In this document: piece after piece, positions 37,615 through 48,117 of the stretch
Numbering within the stretch: position 1 is the first letter of the stretch
How the letters are laid out: the number at the start of each line of letters is the position of its first letter
From: Candidatus Berkelbacteria bacterium
GTDB taxonomy: Bacteria; Patescibacteriota; UBA1384; CAILIB01
Direction of reading: 5' to 3'
DNA: 64,000 nucleotides
Assembly (NCBI GenBank): GCA_043751595.1
Contig: JAYUZR010000020.1
Location: 336 to 64,335, forward strand
Translations under genes and position numbers: made by a program
The notes under the pieces: model-generated
Told to the model about the DNA's origin: nothing
What the model saw: the letters and a program-made list of their open reading frames with translations, nothing else
Database searches by the model: none

Positions 37615-38259
37615 TTATTTGGTCTCCAGGAGACTCCCGAGGATTTGTCTTAGCTTGCAGAATGTTACTTCTGCAAGGCTATCATTGAGCAAAATATGGA
37701 GTTGGCCCCTTTTTGCTCTTTCCTCAGAATCCGCCTTCCCGTCCTTAAACATCTGTAACCGCGCCCTTATCTCAGCCGATCCAACCACTTGACCGTTTTT
37801 CTCTGCCCGAGAAAGGATTCTCTGCTTGAGAGTCCTTTGTTTGCTTACTGTCACGTAAACAATAACGGGCTCAAGATCTGACGGGAGTGCCGCAAGAAGA
37901 CTATCGAGAGTGCTAATTCCGATATCTACCACTGGCACGCAGTCGGGTGAAACACGAGCGAGATCCTCGAAGGCTTTTAGGTAGTAGCCGTAACTATTGC
38001 CATTTAAGCCTAAAAACGTGATCGCACCCTCCTTGGTAAGACCCGTCTTCTGGACATATTGCCGGAATGCCTGACCGGGCACTCGCTCCAACTCTTCGTT
38101 GCGAAGGTCTCTCTCGCACCATGAAGGTACGCGTTGAAACTTTCGAAATAAAGAAAAGAGCAACTCAGCCATCTTCCCCTTGCCAGCGCCACTTGGGCCT
38201 AGCAGTATTAAAATCTTTCCTGATCGAAATAATCCTTCAGGAATCCTTACCTCTACCAA
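37615..38259 (-). CDS. gmk: Guanylate-kinase-like P-loop kinase
   Basis: LLGPSGAGKG P-loop, NSYGY region aligns with Gmk's NYYGT. Divergent sequence. Confidence 0.5.
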   Translation of the reverse strand: MVEVRIPEGLFRSGKILILLGPSGAGKGKMAELLFSLFRKFQRVPSWCERDLRNEELERVPGQAFRQYVQKTGLTKEGAITFLGLNGNSYGYYLKAFEDLARVSPDCVPVVDIGISTLDSLLAALPSDLEPVIVYVTVSKQRTLKQRILSRAEKNGQVVGSAEIRARLQMFKDGKADSEERAKRGQLHILLNDSLAEVTFCKLRQILGSLLETK

Positions 38260-38392
38260 CTCATCACCTCTCCCAATCGCTGCTGGAACAGCGAGTATTT
38301 CGCCTACTATCCGTAGGCTACGAAGGGATATTTACTGCTAATTTCATTAAATAGCAATGGGTGCCATACCTTGATTCTGCTATACTTGGCCT

Positions 38393-39013
38393 ATGAACCT
38401 GCTTTCTCTTCTTATCTCCTCCCCCATTACCGCGCTCAGCGCAATTCTCTGCTTAGTGGCTGCTCTTACCGTGCACGAATGGGCTCACGCCTGGGTAGCG
38501 TATAAGCTAGGCGACGATACTCCGTATTATGATGGCCGGGTTACGCTTAATCCTCTCGCGCATCTTGATCCTCTAGGCACGATTGCCTTCCTCATTTTTA
38601 GCTTTGGCTGGGGTAAGCCCGTACTCATTAACCCAAATAACTTTAAGCGCCGAAGCGATGAATTATTAGTTGCGTTGGCGGGGCCAGCCAGTAATCTTGT
38701 TTTTGCCCTCCTTCTCAATCTTCTTGCCTTTGCGGTTGGAGGCATCTTTGGAGAACTCCTAAGACTAGCCTCACTTATTAATGTAAGTCTGGCCGCCTTT
38801 AATATCCTGCCAATTCCCCCATTGGATGGCTCGAGCATTATCGATATCTTTTTCCCTGGCTATAAGCAGTTGGGCGGAAGCTTGCCAGCTCTCATCGGCC
38901 TACTCATTCTCATCAACTTACCGATTGGCGATACCACCCTTATTCGGTATCTAATGAACCCGGTTATCCACCTATTTTCCTACCTTACCACTCTTGGCTG
39001 GCACCTTTCGTAG
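38393..39013 (+). CDS. Site-2 protease family (M50) zinc metalloprotease
   Basis: HEWAHAW (the HExxH motif), TLNPLAHLDPLGT and a multi-TM profile. Confidence 0.75.
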   Translation: MNLLSLLISSPITALSAILCLVAALTVHEWAHAWVAYKLGDDTPYYDGRVTLNPLAHLDPLGTIAFLIFSFGWGKPVLINPNNFKRRSDELLVALAGPASNLVFALLLNLLAFAVGGIFGELLRLASLINVSLAAFNILPIPPLDGSSIIDIFFPGYKQLGGSLPALIGLLILINLPIGDTTLIRYLMNPVIHLFSYLTTLGWHLS

Positions 39014-39586
39014 ATCGTACACGTACATACGCTTCTGCCAGCTGGTAAGCTCAATAGTTTCAGTGGGCTCTAGCCCTTCAATCGCAAAAGTAAGAGAAAG
39101 TACTAGGCAGTTATCCAGCTTCTTCTCGGTGTACAGCTTGGTAATAAGCTGCGGAAATAAATAGCAATACACTACTCCAGGAGGCGCATAATCTACCTTA
39201 AAAAGATCGGCGTATACCCAGGTAACCGCCGTTTTAGTACGTGCCAACATAAAGCGGATCTTACCAGCCACTAAAATTGCTGGCCCGATCTCGATTGCCA
39301 CAACTTGCTTCCATTTGTAGGCTGCCGCTAAGTAGTAGGCCACAATTCCCATTCCTGCCCCTGGTTCATATAACGTATACTTGGCAATTTCTTGCTCCTC
39401 TCCTACGTATTTCTCCAGCACTTTCTTTACCACTTTCCCTTGCTCTTTAATGTTTGAGCCATGGTACAGCACGCGATCTTTTTTAGAGCTCTGCTGGGTT
39501 TCAAATAAAAAGGCCAAGTACCACAAAATCACCACTCCGATAACTACCTGGAGAAAAACCGCCAATCCCTGAAGAAAGGTAACCAT
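38972..39586 (-). CDS. Class I SAM-dependent methyltransferase with N-terminal TM
   Basis: Motif I YEPGAGMG. Confidence 0.6.
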   Translation of the reverse strand: MVTFLQGLAVFLQVVIGVVILWYLAFLFETQQSSKKDRVLYHGSNIKEQGKVVKKVLEKYVGEEQEIAKYTLYEPGAGMGIVAYYLAAAYKWKQVVAIEIGPAILVAGKIRFMLARTKTAVTWVYADLFKVDYAPPGVVYCYLFPQLITKLYTEKKLDNCLVLSLTFAIEGLEPTETIELTSWQKRMYVYDLRKVPAKSGKVGK

Positions 39587-40041
39587 TAACCTTGTAGCTC
39601 GGCGATAGCCGCCAAGAGCTCATCCGCGTGGCCGGCCGGCGTGACCCCGGCAAAAGTACGGACAATCTCGCCCTTGGGATCTACTAAATAGGTATTGCGC
39701 AAAATACCCTCGTATTCCTTGCCCATAAACTTTTTGAGACCCCAGGCGCCAAGGTCTTTAATAAACCCAAGCTCAGGATCGGAAAGAAGGGTAAAGGGAA
39801 GATCAAACTTTTGGGCAAACTTCTTGTGTGAAGCAACGCTATCTTTAGAAACACCGATCACCTTTACCCCTTTTTCGGTCAGGGTCACAAATGAATCGCG
39901 AAAACCGCAGGCCTCGGTGGTGCAGCCGGGGGTATCATCCTTGGGATAGCAATAAACGATGATCCACTTACCGGCAAAATCGGCATTAGTACGAGTCTCG
40001 CCGGTTTGATCAGGAAGAGAAAAGGAAGGGAGTTTAGTCAT
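39586..40041 (-). CDS. bcp: Thioredoxin-dependent thiol peroxidase (peroxiredoxin Bcp)
   Basis: DDTPGCTTEACGFRD active site. Confidence 0.85.
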   Translation of the reverse strand: MTKLPSFSLPDQTGETRTNADFAGKWIIVYCYPKDDTPGCTTEACGFRDSFVTLTEKGVKVIGVSKDSVASHKKFAQKFDLPFTLLSDPELGFIKDLGAWGLKKFMGKEYEGILRNTYLVDPKGEIVRTFAGVTPAGHADELLAAIAELQG

Positions 40042-40061
40042 ACGTGTATGCTAGCAGGCGG

Positions 40062-40886
40062 TTAGGCGATCTGTACATTCTCTTTTTCCAGCCGTACAAA
40101 ACCTTCGCGGGCCATCTCTAGCAAGATCTCTTCGAGCAACTCAGGTTCCACGGCTAATTCGGTAAAAAGATCGTCACGGATTAGTACTCCACCGTGCGCA
40201 AGGAGGAGTTTGAGAATATTTCCCCGCACCTGTCGCCTCGAACCTTCAAACTTGGATTGTTTCGTATAGTGCTTACTGCGCCGATTAGGATTTGGCAGCA
40301 CCGTAGCCAAGTAGGTGCCGTAATCCATTAGTGCCGAATACCAGATTCTAGGCGAAGATTCATCCTGAGTTGCTGCAATAATCGGACGAAGTTGTTCGTC
40401 TCCAATCCCCTCTTGCCCTTCAAAAAAGTGATGAAGGTAGACGCGGCGAATGTTTGTCTCCAGTACTACCGCGGGCAGATTATGAGCAAAGGCGCGAATG
40501 GCGGCCGCTGTGTACGGGCCAATACCTGGGAGTTGCTGGAGCGCTCCTTCGTCTTCTGGAATCTTCCCCCCAAAATGCATCAAGCAATACTGCGCCGCCC
40601 GCTGCAAATTAAGGGCACGGCGGTTGTAGCCCAACCCCTGCCAGTATTCTAATAGTTCGGCCACGGGTGCCTCGGCCAAAACCTGAGCCATGGGAAAACG
40701 CTGCATAAATGCCTCAAACTTTGGCGCTACCCGAGGGGCCTGCGTCTGCTGCAGCATGATCTCGGAGACCATAATAGCGTAAGGGTCGTGCGTTTCTCGC
40801 CAAGGAAAGGTCCGGCCATGCTCGGTAAAATATCCGTACACGGTGGCTCTAAAATCAGAATAATCTTCCATGTCACTATCATGCAC
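40062..40886 (-). CDS. HhH-GPD DNA glycosylase (MutY/Nth-like) apparently lacking the 4Fe-4S cysteine cluster
   Basis: IMLQQTQ, LPGIGPYTAAAI (HhH-GPD). No Cx6Cx2Cx5C in the C-terminus. Confidence 0.65.
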   Translation of the reverse strand: MHDSDMEDYSDFRATVYGYFTEHGRTFPWRETHDPYAIMVSEIMLQQTQAPRVAPKFEAFMQRFPMAQVLAEAPVAELLEYWQGLGYNRRALNLQRAAQYCLMHFGGKIPEDEGALQQLPGIGPYTAAAIRAFAHNLPAVVLETNIRRVYLHHFFEGQEGIGDEQLRPIIAATQDESSPRIWYSALMDYGTYLATVLPNPNRRSKHYTKQSKFEGSRRQVRGNILKLLLAHGGVLIRDDLFTELAVEPELLEEILLEMAREGFVRLEKENVQIA

Positions 40887-40935
40887 ACCACCCCACTAGG
40901 CGACAAGCCTTAGCGGCCGGTGCTACACTAAGTAT

Positions 40936-41517
40936 ATGTTTGGGCAATTTCAAATGAACTACACCATCCGCAGACTTATGCTGTCGGATGCCCTTATTTT
41001 TACCGGAATCGGCCTGGTAGTACCCATTCTCTCCATCTTTGTAAAGGATAATTTGAGCGGCGGAAGTATTGCTGCAGCAGGAATTGCCACCTTTATCTTT
41101 TTGGCGACCAAATCGATGGTCCAGATTCCCTTTTCCAATTTTACCGATGGCAACCCTGGGATACGGATGAAGTTTCTTATCTTTGGCACTTTTTTGATGT
41201 CCGGTGCCGCCCTGCTTTTTGTTCCCGCCACCACCGTAGCCACTATTTACCTTGCCCAGCTCCTGCGCGGGATTGGCGCCGGCCTCGCCTACCCGTGCTG
41301 GCAAGAATTGTGGACTTCTCACCTCGATAAACACCACGAAGGATTCGAGTGGAGCCTCTACAATGGCGCTATTTCTGTAGGTATGGCCACCTCGGCCTTA
41401 GTTGGAGGCACACTTGCTGAACTTATTGGCTTTGGTTGGACCTTTAGCTTGATGTCACTTCTTATTTTTATTGCTGGATTAAGCCTGGTGCAGCTGTACC
41501 ACTCACACCACAAATAA
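40936..41517 (+). CDS. Half-size MFS-type transporter (6 TM only)
   Basis: 193 aa and 6 TM. The GNPGIRMK loop resembles MFS motif A. No second 6-TM half adjacent. Confidence 0.5.
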   Translation: MFGQFQMNYTIRRLMLSDALIFTGIGLVVPILSIFVKDNLSGGSIAAAGIATFIFLATKSMVQIPFSNFTDGNPGIRMKFLIFGTFLMSGAALLFVPATTVATIYLAQLLRGIGAGLAYPCWQELWTSHLDKHHEGFEWSLYNGAISVGMATSALVGGTLAELIGFGWTFSLMSLLIFIAGLSLVQLYHSHHK

Positions 41518-41584
41518 GGGTGGCCAACCTAGATTGAGACTGCTAAGGTGACATGGTTACATCCTACTCGCCACTAGCCTGTCG

Positions 41585-43612
41585 ATGCGTCGCACTCTTG
41601 TTATTAGTTCAGTCATTATCGTAGCCACTGCTCTTGCGGTGGGTGGTTATGGTATTGCTAAAAAGTTTTCAAAAAGCACAAGCGCCAGTCTTACTGTAAG
41701 TGCCAAAGATAAAGGCAGTGTCGCAACCATTGCTCAGCAAGCTACCTACAACCTGAGTGCAGAGCTCCAAAAAAAGGCAGTCCCAACCAATACGTGGTGG
41801 ATAAGTGCCCTTACCGGAGATGTTCCGGAAACACTTTCTCCCCTTCCTTTTATGATTCAGTTTGTGGAGGGTGAGGTACGTTTTGGACTCCCAAGTGAGA
41901 CCGCCCAAAAGAACTCGGTGATTGCCGTGCCAAATCCCGATATCTCACTCAAACTTGCCTCAGGAAGGGCAATTACCCGAACCACGATTACCGCCTACGA
42001 TGCCACTCGGGTTTCGCTCGATCTACATGACCCACAAAACACCCCCTCACTTTCACTCACGCTGCAAAAGGGAAGTCCTTTTCAAGATGTAAGCATTACT
42101 CAGCCGCTGTACCTTAAGGCCGTTGGCGCCACACTTGAACAGCTTAAAGATTCTCGCTGGGTGCTAAGTAGCACTAAAGAAGGCAGATCGTACCGGATAT
42201 ATAGCGCAACCAAGCCAAGTACCATTTCCGAAAATACCTTCCTCTATAGTGGCGGATCTATCCGTATTGGAGCGCTCCCCTCTGGTATTAGCACGGAGAA
42301 TATCGGCACTTTTGATACCCTAAGCTTAGCCCAGGTAACCAAAGTTTCCACCGAGTATGAGGTGCGCGAAGCCAATAGTATTACCCGGCTCAGCTTTACT
42401 ACGAGCAACGGAAAGCCAACTGCGTTCCTATTGCTACCGCATCAACAGTTAAGCAGTGCCCAAGAAAAACTCGGCACCTACTGGACCATTCGTGGCACGG
42501 CGTTTCTTTCTAGTGGCAATACGATTAGTACTATTATTCCGCGCCAGCAGGCGGCTGGTCAGCTTACCCTCCCCGACCAAGACTCTGCCTTTTTCTTCAA
42601 AGAAAAACTGGAGCAGTATCTCCAAAAAGAGCTACAAGTTCCCCAAACCACCCCTGCTGGCTCATACTCTGGAGGGAAAGAACTCTATCGCTTGGCAAAT
42701 CTTGCCCAGCTTGCTGAGCAAACCAAAAGCGCCACTGCGGATGGGTTCACCGAGCGTTTGCGAGTTCAGCTAATCGATTGGCTCACTTATACCCCAGACG
42801 AAAACGGCCACTATTTTGCCTACGATACCATTCAGCGAGGGTTAATCGCCCAAAGCCCCGAGTTTGGCATCGAGCAGTATAATGACCACCACTTCCAGTA
42901 CGGCTATTTCTTATACGCCGCATCTATTTACGCCCGCTACGATTCCTCGTTTGTAAAAGAATACGGCTCCACAGTAGACGCCATTATTCGCGATATCGCC
43001 TCGAGCGATGCAACGGCGACCGAGTTCCCGTACTTTAGAACCATCGATTGGTACGAAGGCCACAGCTGGGCTGGCGGGACTGCCCGTTTTGCTGATGGCA
43101 ATAATCAGGAATCGGTTTCCGAAGCGATTAACGCTTGGTACGGCTTACTTGAGTGGGGCAAAGCTACTAATAATAGTGAACTCACTAAACGTGGCCAGTG
43201 GTTGTACGACCAAGAAATTACCGCCGCCTACACCTACTGGTTTAACCAGGGACCAGCTACTGCCAAAAAACCAGCCATCTTCGGCCAAAGCAGTGCCTCC
43301 TTGGTGTGGGCCAGCAAGTACGATTGGGCAACCTGGTTCTCCGATAAGCCCGAGGCTAAGCACGGCATTCTGTATCTTCCACTTTCTCCAGGCTCAGCCT
43401 ACTTAGATCATCAAGATCTTATCGATGAAGAAATGACCAGCCTTACCGCAGCGCTTGGCGGGGGAACTCCAACCGAGTGGAAAGACACCATTCTTATGGT
43501 GCAAGCTCTCAAGGACCCAACAAAGGCCCAGCAAGGATTCTCGGAAACCGTTCCCCTCGATCCTTCTAATTCCCTTCCCTATTTCTACGCTTGGTTAGCC
43601 GCTGTACGATGA
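41585..43612 (+). CDS. Glycoside hydrolase family 81 (endo-beta-1,3-glucanase) with N-terminal membrane anchor/signal
   Basis: GH81 signatures YNDHHFQYGYF, FRTIDWYEGHSWAGG and ESVSEAINAWYG. Confidence 0.75.
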   Translation: MRRTLVISSVIIVATALAVGGYGIAKKFSKSTSASLTVSAKDKGSVATIAQQATYNLSAELQKKAVPTNTWWISALTGDVPETLSPLPFMIQFVEGEVRFGLPSETAQKNSVIAVPNPDISLKLASGRAITRTTITAYDATRVSLDLHDPQNTPSLSLTLQKGSPFQDVSITQPLYLKAVGATLEQLKDSRWVLSSTKEGRSYRIYSATKPSTISENTFLYSGGSIRIGALPSGISTENIGTFDTLSLAQVTKVSTEYEVREANSITRLSFTTSNGKPTAFLLLPHQQLSSAQEKLGTYWTIRGTAFLSSGNTISTIIPRQQAAGQLTLPDQDSAFFFKEKLEQYLQKELQVPQTTPAGSYSGGKELYRLANLAQLAEQTKSATADGFTERLRVQLIDWLTYTPDENGHYFAYDTIQRGLIAQSPEFGIEQYNDHHFQYGYFLYAASIYARYDSSFVKEYGSTVDAIIRDIASSDATATEFPYFRTIDWYEGHSWAGGTARFADGNNQESVSEAINAWYGLLEWGKATNNSELTKRGQWLYDQEITAAYTYWFNQGPATAKKPAIFGQSSASLVWASKYDWATWFSDKPEAKHGILYLPLSPGSAYLDHQDLIDEEMTSLTAALGGGTPTEWKDTILMVQALKDPTKAQQGFSETVPLDPSNSLPYFYAWLAAVR

Positions 43613-44571
43613 GCACCAAGATGTACACTCCACCACTTTCCCTGGTTATTCCCCTCTTTAATGAAGCAGGAAATGTTGGAAAGCTGCACGAAGAAATCTC
43701 TACAGTTTTAGAGGACTACCCAAACGCCTGGGAAATTATTTTTGTAAATGATGGCAGCCGCGATTCCAGCGCGCAGGTTTTGAGCGCGCTCTTTATCCAG
43801 GACCCAACCCATGTGCGCGTGATTACCTTGCGCACCAATAGTGGCAAAGCGCTCGCCCTGCAGGCTGGCTTTAGTGAGGCTAAGGGCGAGTACATCTTTA
43901 CCATGGACGCTGATCTGCAGGACGATCCGGAAGAGATTCCTGCCTTTATTAAAAAAATAAATGAAGGATACGATCTAGTCTCTGGCTGGAAACACAACCG
44001 CCTTGATTCTCCCCTTAAAAACACTACCTCCAAGTTCTACAACTGGATTACCCGAAAAGTTTCTGGCATCGAGCTACGCGATTTTAACTGCGGCTTTAAA
44101 TTGTACCGAGCCGAAACCGCCAAAGATCTTACCCTCTATGGCGAACTCCACCGCTACATTCCGGTTATGGCCGGGAACTTGGGCTATACCATCGGCGAGA
44201 TTCCAGTTAACCATCGCAAGCGCTTTTCGGGCAGTACTAAGTATGGCGCCATCCGTTTTATTAACGGGTTGCTCGATCTTATGACGGTAATGTTTATTAC
44301 CAAGTACCGGTTCCGCCCACTCCATCTTTTCGGATACTTAGGGATTAGCTTCTTTGGCCTAGGCGCACTCGGTGCTAGCTACCTTACTATCCTGAAGTTT
44401 GCTACCGGAGCATCTATTGGCGAGCGACCACTCCTTCTTTTCTCAGTTCTACTGATGATTGTTGGTGTACAGCTCGCCATGAGCGGCTTAATTGCCGAGC
44501 TTATGACCAGCTCATCCCAGCGCCCAAAGGTGACTCCTCCCATTTCTCAAATAGAGCGCTCCGATGTCTGA
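43609..44571 (+). CDS. GT2 polyprenyl-phosphate glycosyltransferase (GtrB/DPM1/ArnC-like) with two C-terminal TM
   Basis: PLFNEAGNV...IFVNDGSRDSS...MDADLQDDPEE. The ATG overlaps the upstream stop (ATGA). Confidence 0.8.
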   Translation: MSTKMYTPPLSLVIPLFNEAGNVGKLHEEISTVLEDYPNAWEIIFVNDGSRDSSAQVLSALFIQDPTHVRVITLRTNSGKALALQAGFSEAKGEYIFTMDADLQDDPEEIPAFIKKINEGYDLVSGWKHNRLDSPLKNTTSKFYNWITRKVSGIELRDFNCGFKLYRAETAKDLTLYGELHRYIPVMAGNLGYTIGEIPVNHRKRFSGSTKYGAIRFINGLLDLMTVMFITKYRFRPLHLFGYLGISFFGLGALGASYLTILKFATGASIGERPLLLFSVLLMIVGVQLAMSGLIAELMTSSSQRPKVTPPISQIERSDV

Positions 44572-46531
44572 GTCATTTGGTGAATGGAAAGAGGGATTCT
44601 TGCGCACTTGGTGGCGCGATCTCCTTGCCGTTCTTGTGGTGGTTGCGGGATCCGCCGCCAGCATTCTCTTTCTTCGTAATGCCCAGTATTTTGTTACCGG
44701 CTACCAAGACTGGGTATATAACGCTGCTCGCGCCAACTTCTTAGCCATTCACGGCCTTACCTCTTGGGATCACGTTTGGGCGATGGGTATGAATTACTGG
44801 CGAGGATTCCAGTTTGTCCCCAGTTACGCCATTATCGCCGTTGCCAAGCTTTTTGATGTATCCATTCATCGCTCGATGGTCCTCAGTGCCCTCGGGCTTT
44901 TTATACTCTTCAGAGTTGGTATTTATGCAGCAGCTCGAAGTTTTAGAGCCCGCCCACTCTACGCTGCTGTGGCTGCCTTTTTCTCGCTGCTATACCCTGG
45001 ATTCTGGAATGTAGTTACCGATTTTAATATCTTGTACGGCGCCGCGCTCTTCCCATTCTTCCTTATTCTTTGGAATCACAGCTTTACTAGCCGGCGCGCC
45101 CGCACCCTTTTTGCTGCAGTACTTGGTCTTTCGGTGTATATTCACCCTCTCTTGGCCCTCGCCCTAGGCACATTGTGGGTTACAGGCTTAATTACCACCC
45201 ACCAAAAGCCAGGTGCCAAACAGATTATCTTAGAGGTAGTCTTAATGGCCTTAGGCGCGTGGTTCTATGCTTGGGGACTCTTTGTAGTTGATCATTCCAA
45301 CGCCGTAGTTTCTTCCTACCAATTAACCCGCGAGTTTATTGGGGTACTAGGAGAAAATAGCGCTAAGTTTAACGTTATCTACCCGATTGTAGCGCTCGGA
45401 CTTTGGTGTTTGGTGGTGATTAAAGGAAAGGGCATCAAGCCTTCGAGCCGAGCTCTGCTTCTTGGTGCCAGCATTATCTGGGCTGCCATCTACCTTAATC
45501 TCTCCACTAGTAGTTTGGATATTCTTAACCGGTTCCAGATTATTAGAATGGGATTTGTTCCAGCGGCCGCCATTGCTGTATTACTTGCTGAACAGCTGAG
45601 TACCGGCACTAGGGTACGAACTCAATCGCTGTATCGTAGTATTTCAGTAGCAACCAGTGTTACCGCTCTTGTTTTCTCACTGTATTACGCAAGTACCTAC
45701 GCTCCAAAAGCCGCTGCCACTATTCCCGATCCCGTTGGCGAGTTTTTTGTTGATCACGATCAGCCCCAGGGCCGGATTTTTATTGTTGATTCGATTATTG
45801 CCAGCTACAAAAACCCGCAGTGGCGCTATGTAATTGGCTACAACGAGCACCTTCTGCCTTCGCCTGCTGGAATCAGACTCCGAGAGCTTCTCACCTCCAC
45901 AAGTCCCAATATCACCCTGAGCAAGACTGACCTAGAGTTAATAACCAGCTATACTCAGGCCCTTGGAGTAAGCCATCTTTTCTTACCTCAAGATAGTCCT
46001 TTTATTACTCCACTTCTGGGTACTGGTAGCTTTACCTTGGCTGGAAGCCTGCTTGAAGAAAAAGCAAAGTACGATGTCTTGCAGGTAGTCACACTGGCGC
46101 CCTCGGCTTCATACCTAACCACCCGCGAAGAAGAACAACTTACCGGTTGCGCAAGCGAATCCACCGGCTCAGCCGCTTTCGATGCCTGTACTCGCCAAGT
46201 AGCTTCCATCATCACTAACCCCGCTACCGAGAAACCACCGGTACTATACCCGGCCAATAACCAACTCGAGGTCCAGGCCCGCGCACCAGGGACTATCCTC
46301 TTACAAGAGCACTACTCGGACCTCTGGAAAACAAAAACAGGCAGCATTACCAAAACCCCAACCGGCACCATGCTCCTCAAGATTGCTAGCCCTCCTCCTG
46401 AAAACGTGGTACTGACTAACAACTGGAACCCACTTTCAAAGATCTGGGAAATCCTCCTTCTCACCGAGCTCCTCCTTATTGCCCTAGCCCTTACTGTTCC
46501 AACCCTGTTCATGAGACAACGTCATGATTGA
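44564..46531 (+). CDS. Large polytopic membrane protein, putative GT-C-type glycosyltransferase or polymerase
   Basis: 655 aa, more than 10 TM plus a soluble C-terminal domain and terminal TM. 8-nt overlap with the upstream gene. Function inferred from context only. Confidence 0.5.
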   Translation: MSESFGEWKEGFLRTWWRDLLAVLVVVAGSAASILFLRNAQYFVTGYQDWVYNAARANFLAIHGLTSWDHVWAMGMNYWRGFQFVPSYAIIAVAKLFDVSIHRSMVLSALGLFILFRVGIYAAARSFRARPLYAAVAAFFSLLYPGFWNVVTDFNILYGAALFPFFLILWNHSFTSRRARTLFAAVLGLSVYIHPLLALALGTLWVTGLITTHQKPGAKQIILEVVLMALGAWFYAWGLFVVDHSNAVVSSYQLTREFIGVLGENSAKFNVIYPIVALGLWCLVVIKGKGIKPSSRALLLGASIIWAAIYLNLSTSSLDILNRFQIIRMGFVPAAAIAVLLAEQLSTGTRVRTQSLYRSISVATSVTALVFSLYYASTYAPKAAATIPDPVGEFFVDHDQPQGRIFIVDSIIASYKNPQWRYVIGYNEHLLPSPAGIRLRELLTSTSPNITLSKTDLELITSYTQALGVSHLFLPQDSPFITPLLGTGSFTLAGSLLEEKAKYDVLQVVTLAPSASYLTTREEEQLTGCASESTGSAAFDACTRQVASIITNPATEKPPVLYPANNQLEVQARAPGTILLQEHYSDLWKTKTGSITKTPTGTMLLKIASPPPENVVLTNNWNPLSKIWEILLLTELLLIALALTVPTLFMRQRHD

Positions 46532-48113
46532 TTCATCCACACGCCCAGATAAGTTATCTAACGCCGCCCTCTTCTTCTTAGTATTGGCGCCGCTTGTGGT
46601 GGTTAATTATGGTTTGTACGTTTTCAATCCTGAAAATATCAGCAGCCCTATCGTGTACGGCTTCCAGGTTCTGGCCGATTTCTTCTCGATTCTTACCGTA
46701 TCTGGGCTGTGGCTTACTATTTTGGTCGATCTTCTTACTCCGGCGCACCAGTTTACCGATCGCTCCACTCGCCGCCGCTGGCTTTTGGCTAACACGCCAA
46801 CTGCCGATATTTTTATTCCTACCGCCGGCGAGCCACCAGCCTTAGTTGCCAAAACGATTGCCGCTGCTGTGGCCATTAGCTATCCCCACAAAACCATTGT
46901 TTTGGATGATGGTCGATCAGACGCTATTAAAAAACTAGCTGCACAGTACGGCGCCGAATACGTCCGCCGCGATCACAACCGCAACGCCAAATCTGGCAAC
47001 ATTAATAACGGACTCGCCAAAAGCCAAGCCGAGTTCTTTGCCGTTTTGGATGCCGATTTTATTGCCGAGCCAAGCTTCTTAGAAGAGCTTCTAAGCTATA
47101 TGCAAGATAAAACGATTGCTTTTGTGCAATCTCCCCAGGCTTATACTAATTTGCAGCATTTTATCGCTAAGGGCACGGCGGCGGCTCAAGATATCTTCTA
47201 TAAATACGTGCTCCCTTCACGTAACTCCAGTGAATCTGCCTTTTGCGTAGGAACTAACGTAGTATTCCGACGTAAAGCGGTGGATGAAATTGGTGGCATT
47301 TTTGAGCTTGATCACTCCGAAGATATTTGGACGTCGTTAGTGCTTCACGAAAAAGGTTGGCGCTCTTTGTTTGTAAACAAGGTGCTAGCCCGCGGCCTGG
47401 CGCCAGATAACATGATCTCGTACTTTAAGCAGCAAAAGCGTTGGGCACAGGGTGGATTCTCAATTTTCTTTAAAAAGAATCCCTTGTTTATTGCCGGCCT
47501 TAGCTTTGATCAGCGCATGCAGTACCTGTTTACTTCCATGTTCTACTTTGTAGGCTTCTCGATTCTCACTTACCTCTTACTGCCGATTATTTACTTGATG
47601 ACAGGAGCGAGCCCGATTCATGCTCAAAGCTCTATTCAATGGGTGTGGCATTATCTTCCCTTCTTTGTGCTGTTCTACAGCATCCCTATTTTGCTGAATG
47701 GAAAGATTTCGGTGCCACTGGTAAGCACTGCGCTCGCCACCTTTGCACCGTTTATCCAAGCCTTTTTCAGTACCATTTTTGGGCAGCGCTACACCTGGGT
47801 AACCACCGCCTCTAATAAGTTCACCATTAAAGATCAGGTTAGCTTGTACCTGTGGCCGCATCTGATGCTCATCTCACTTTCGGTTTCTAGCGTTTTGGTA
47901 GCCTGGGTAGTGGTTCGCGATCCTACTAATACGGCAATCAATAGTTTTTGGGCCTTGGTAAATGCCTATCTCCTTGGTGTCTTTGTTCGTCGCAGCTTTG
48001 TGCCAGAAACTGAAGAAGAAGAGCCAGTACTCGTTATTACACCAAAACGCACAACCAAAAAGAGCACTCCTTCGCCTCAGGAAGAGCAGCCCCTGGATCA
48101 TCACCTAATCTGA
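46524..48113 (+). CDS. Processive GT2 beta-glycan synthase (cellulose/curdlan-synthase-like)
   Basis: D, DxD (LDADF), QSPQ and QQKRW (the QxxRW motif) plus flanking TM helices. Confidence 0.8.
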   Translation: MIDSSTRPDKLSNAALFFLVLAPLVVVNYGLYVFNPENISSPIVYGFQVLADFFSILTVSGLWLTILVDLLTPAHQFTDRSTRRRWLLANTPTADIFIPTAGEPPALVAKTIAAAVAISYPHKTIVLDDGRSDAIKKLAAQYGAEYVRRDHNRNAKSGNINNGLAKSQAEFFAVLDADFIAEPSFLEELLSYMQDKTIAFVQSPQAYTNLQHFIAKGTAAAQDIFYKYVLPSRNSSESAFCVGTNVVFRRKAVDEIGGIFELDHSEDIWTSLVLHEKGWRSLFVNKVLARGLAPDNMISYFKQQKRWAQGGFSIFFKKNPLFIAGLSFDQRMQYLFTSMFYFVGFSILTYLLLPIIYLMTGASPIHAQSSIQWVWHYLPFFVLFYSIPILLNGKISVPLVSTALATFAPFIQAFFSTIFGQRYTWVTTASNKFTIKDQVSLYLWPHLMLISLSVSSVLVAWVVVRDPTNTAINSFWALVNAYLLGVFVRRSFVPETEEEEPVLVITPKRTTKKSTPSPQEEQPLDHHLI

Positions 48114-48117
48114 TCAC

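Noticed and set aside
40879-41337. 152-aa minus-strand ORF
   Set aside because: It is Gly-rich and low-complexity and lies antisense to a convincing 6-TM transporter gene.
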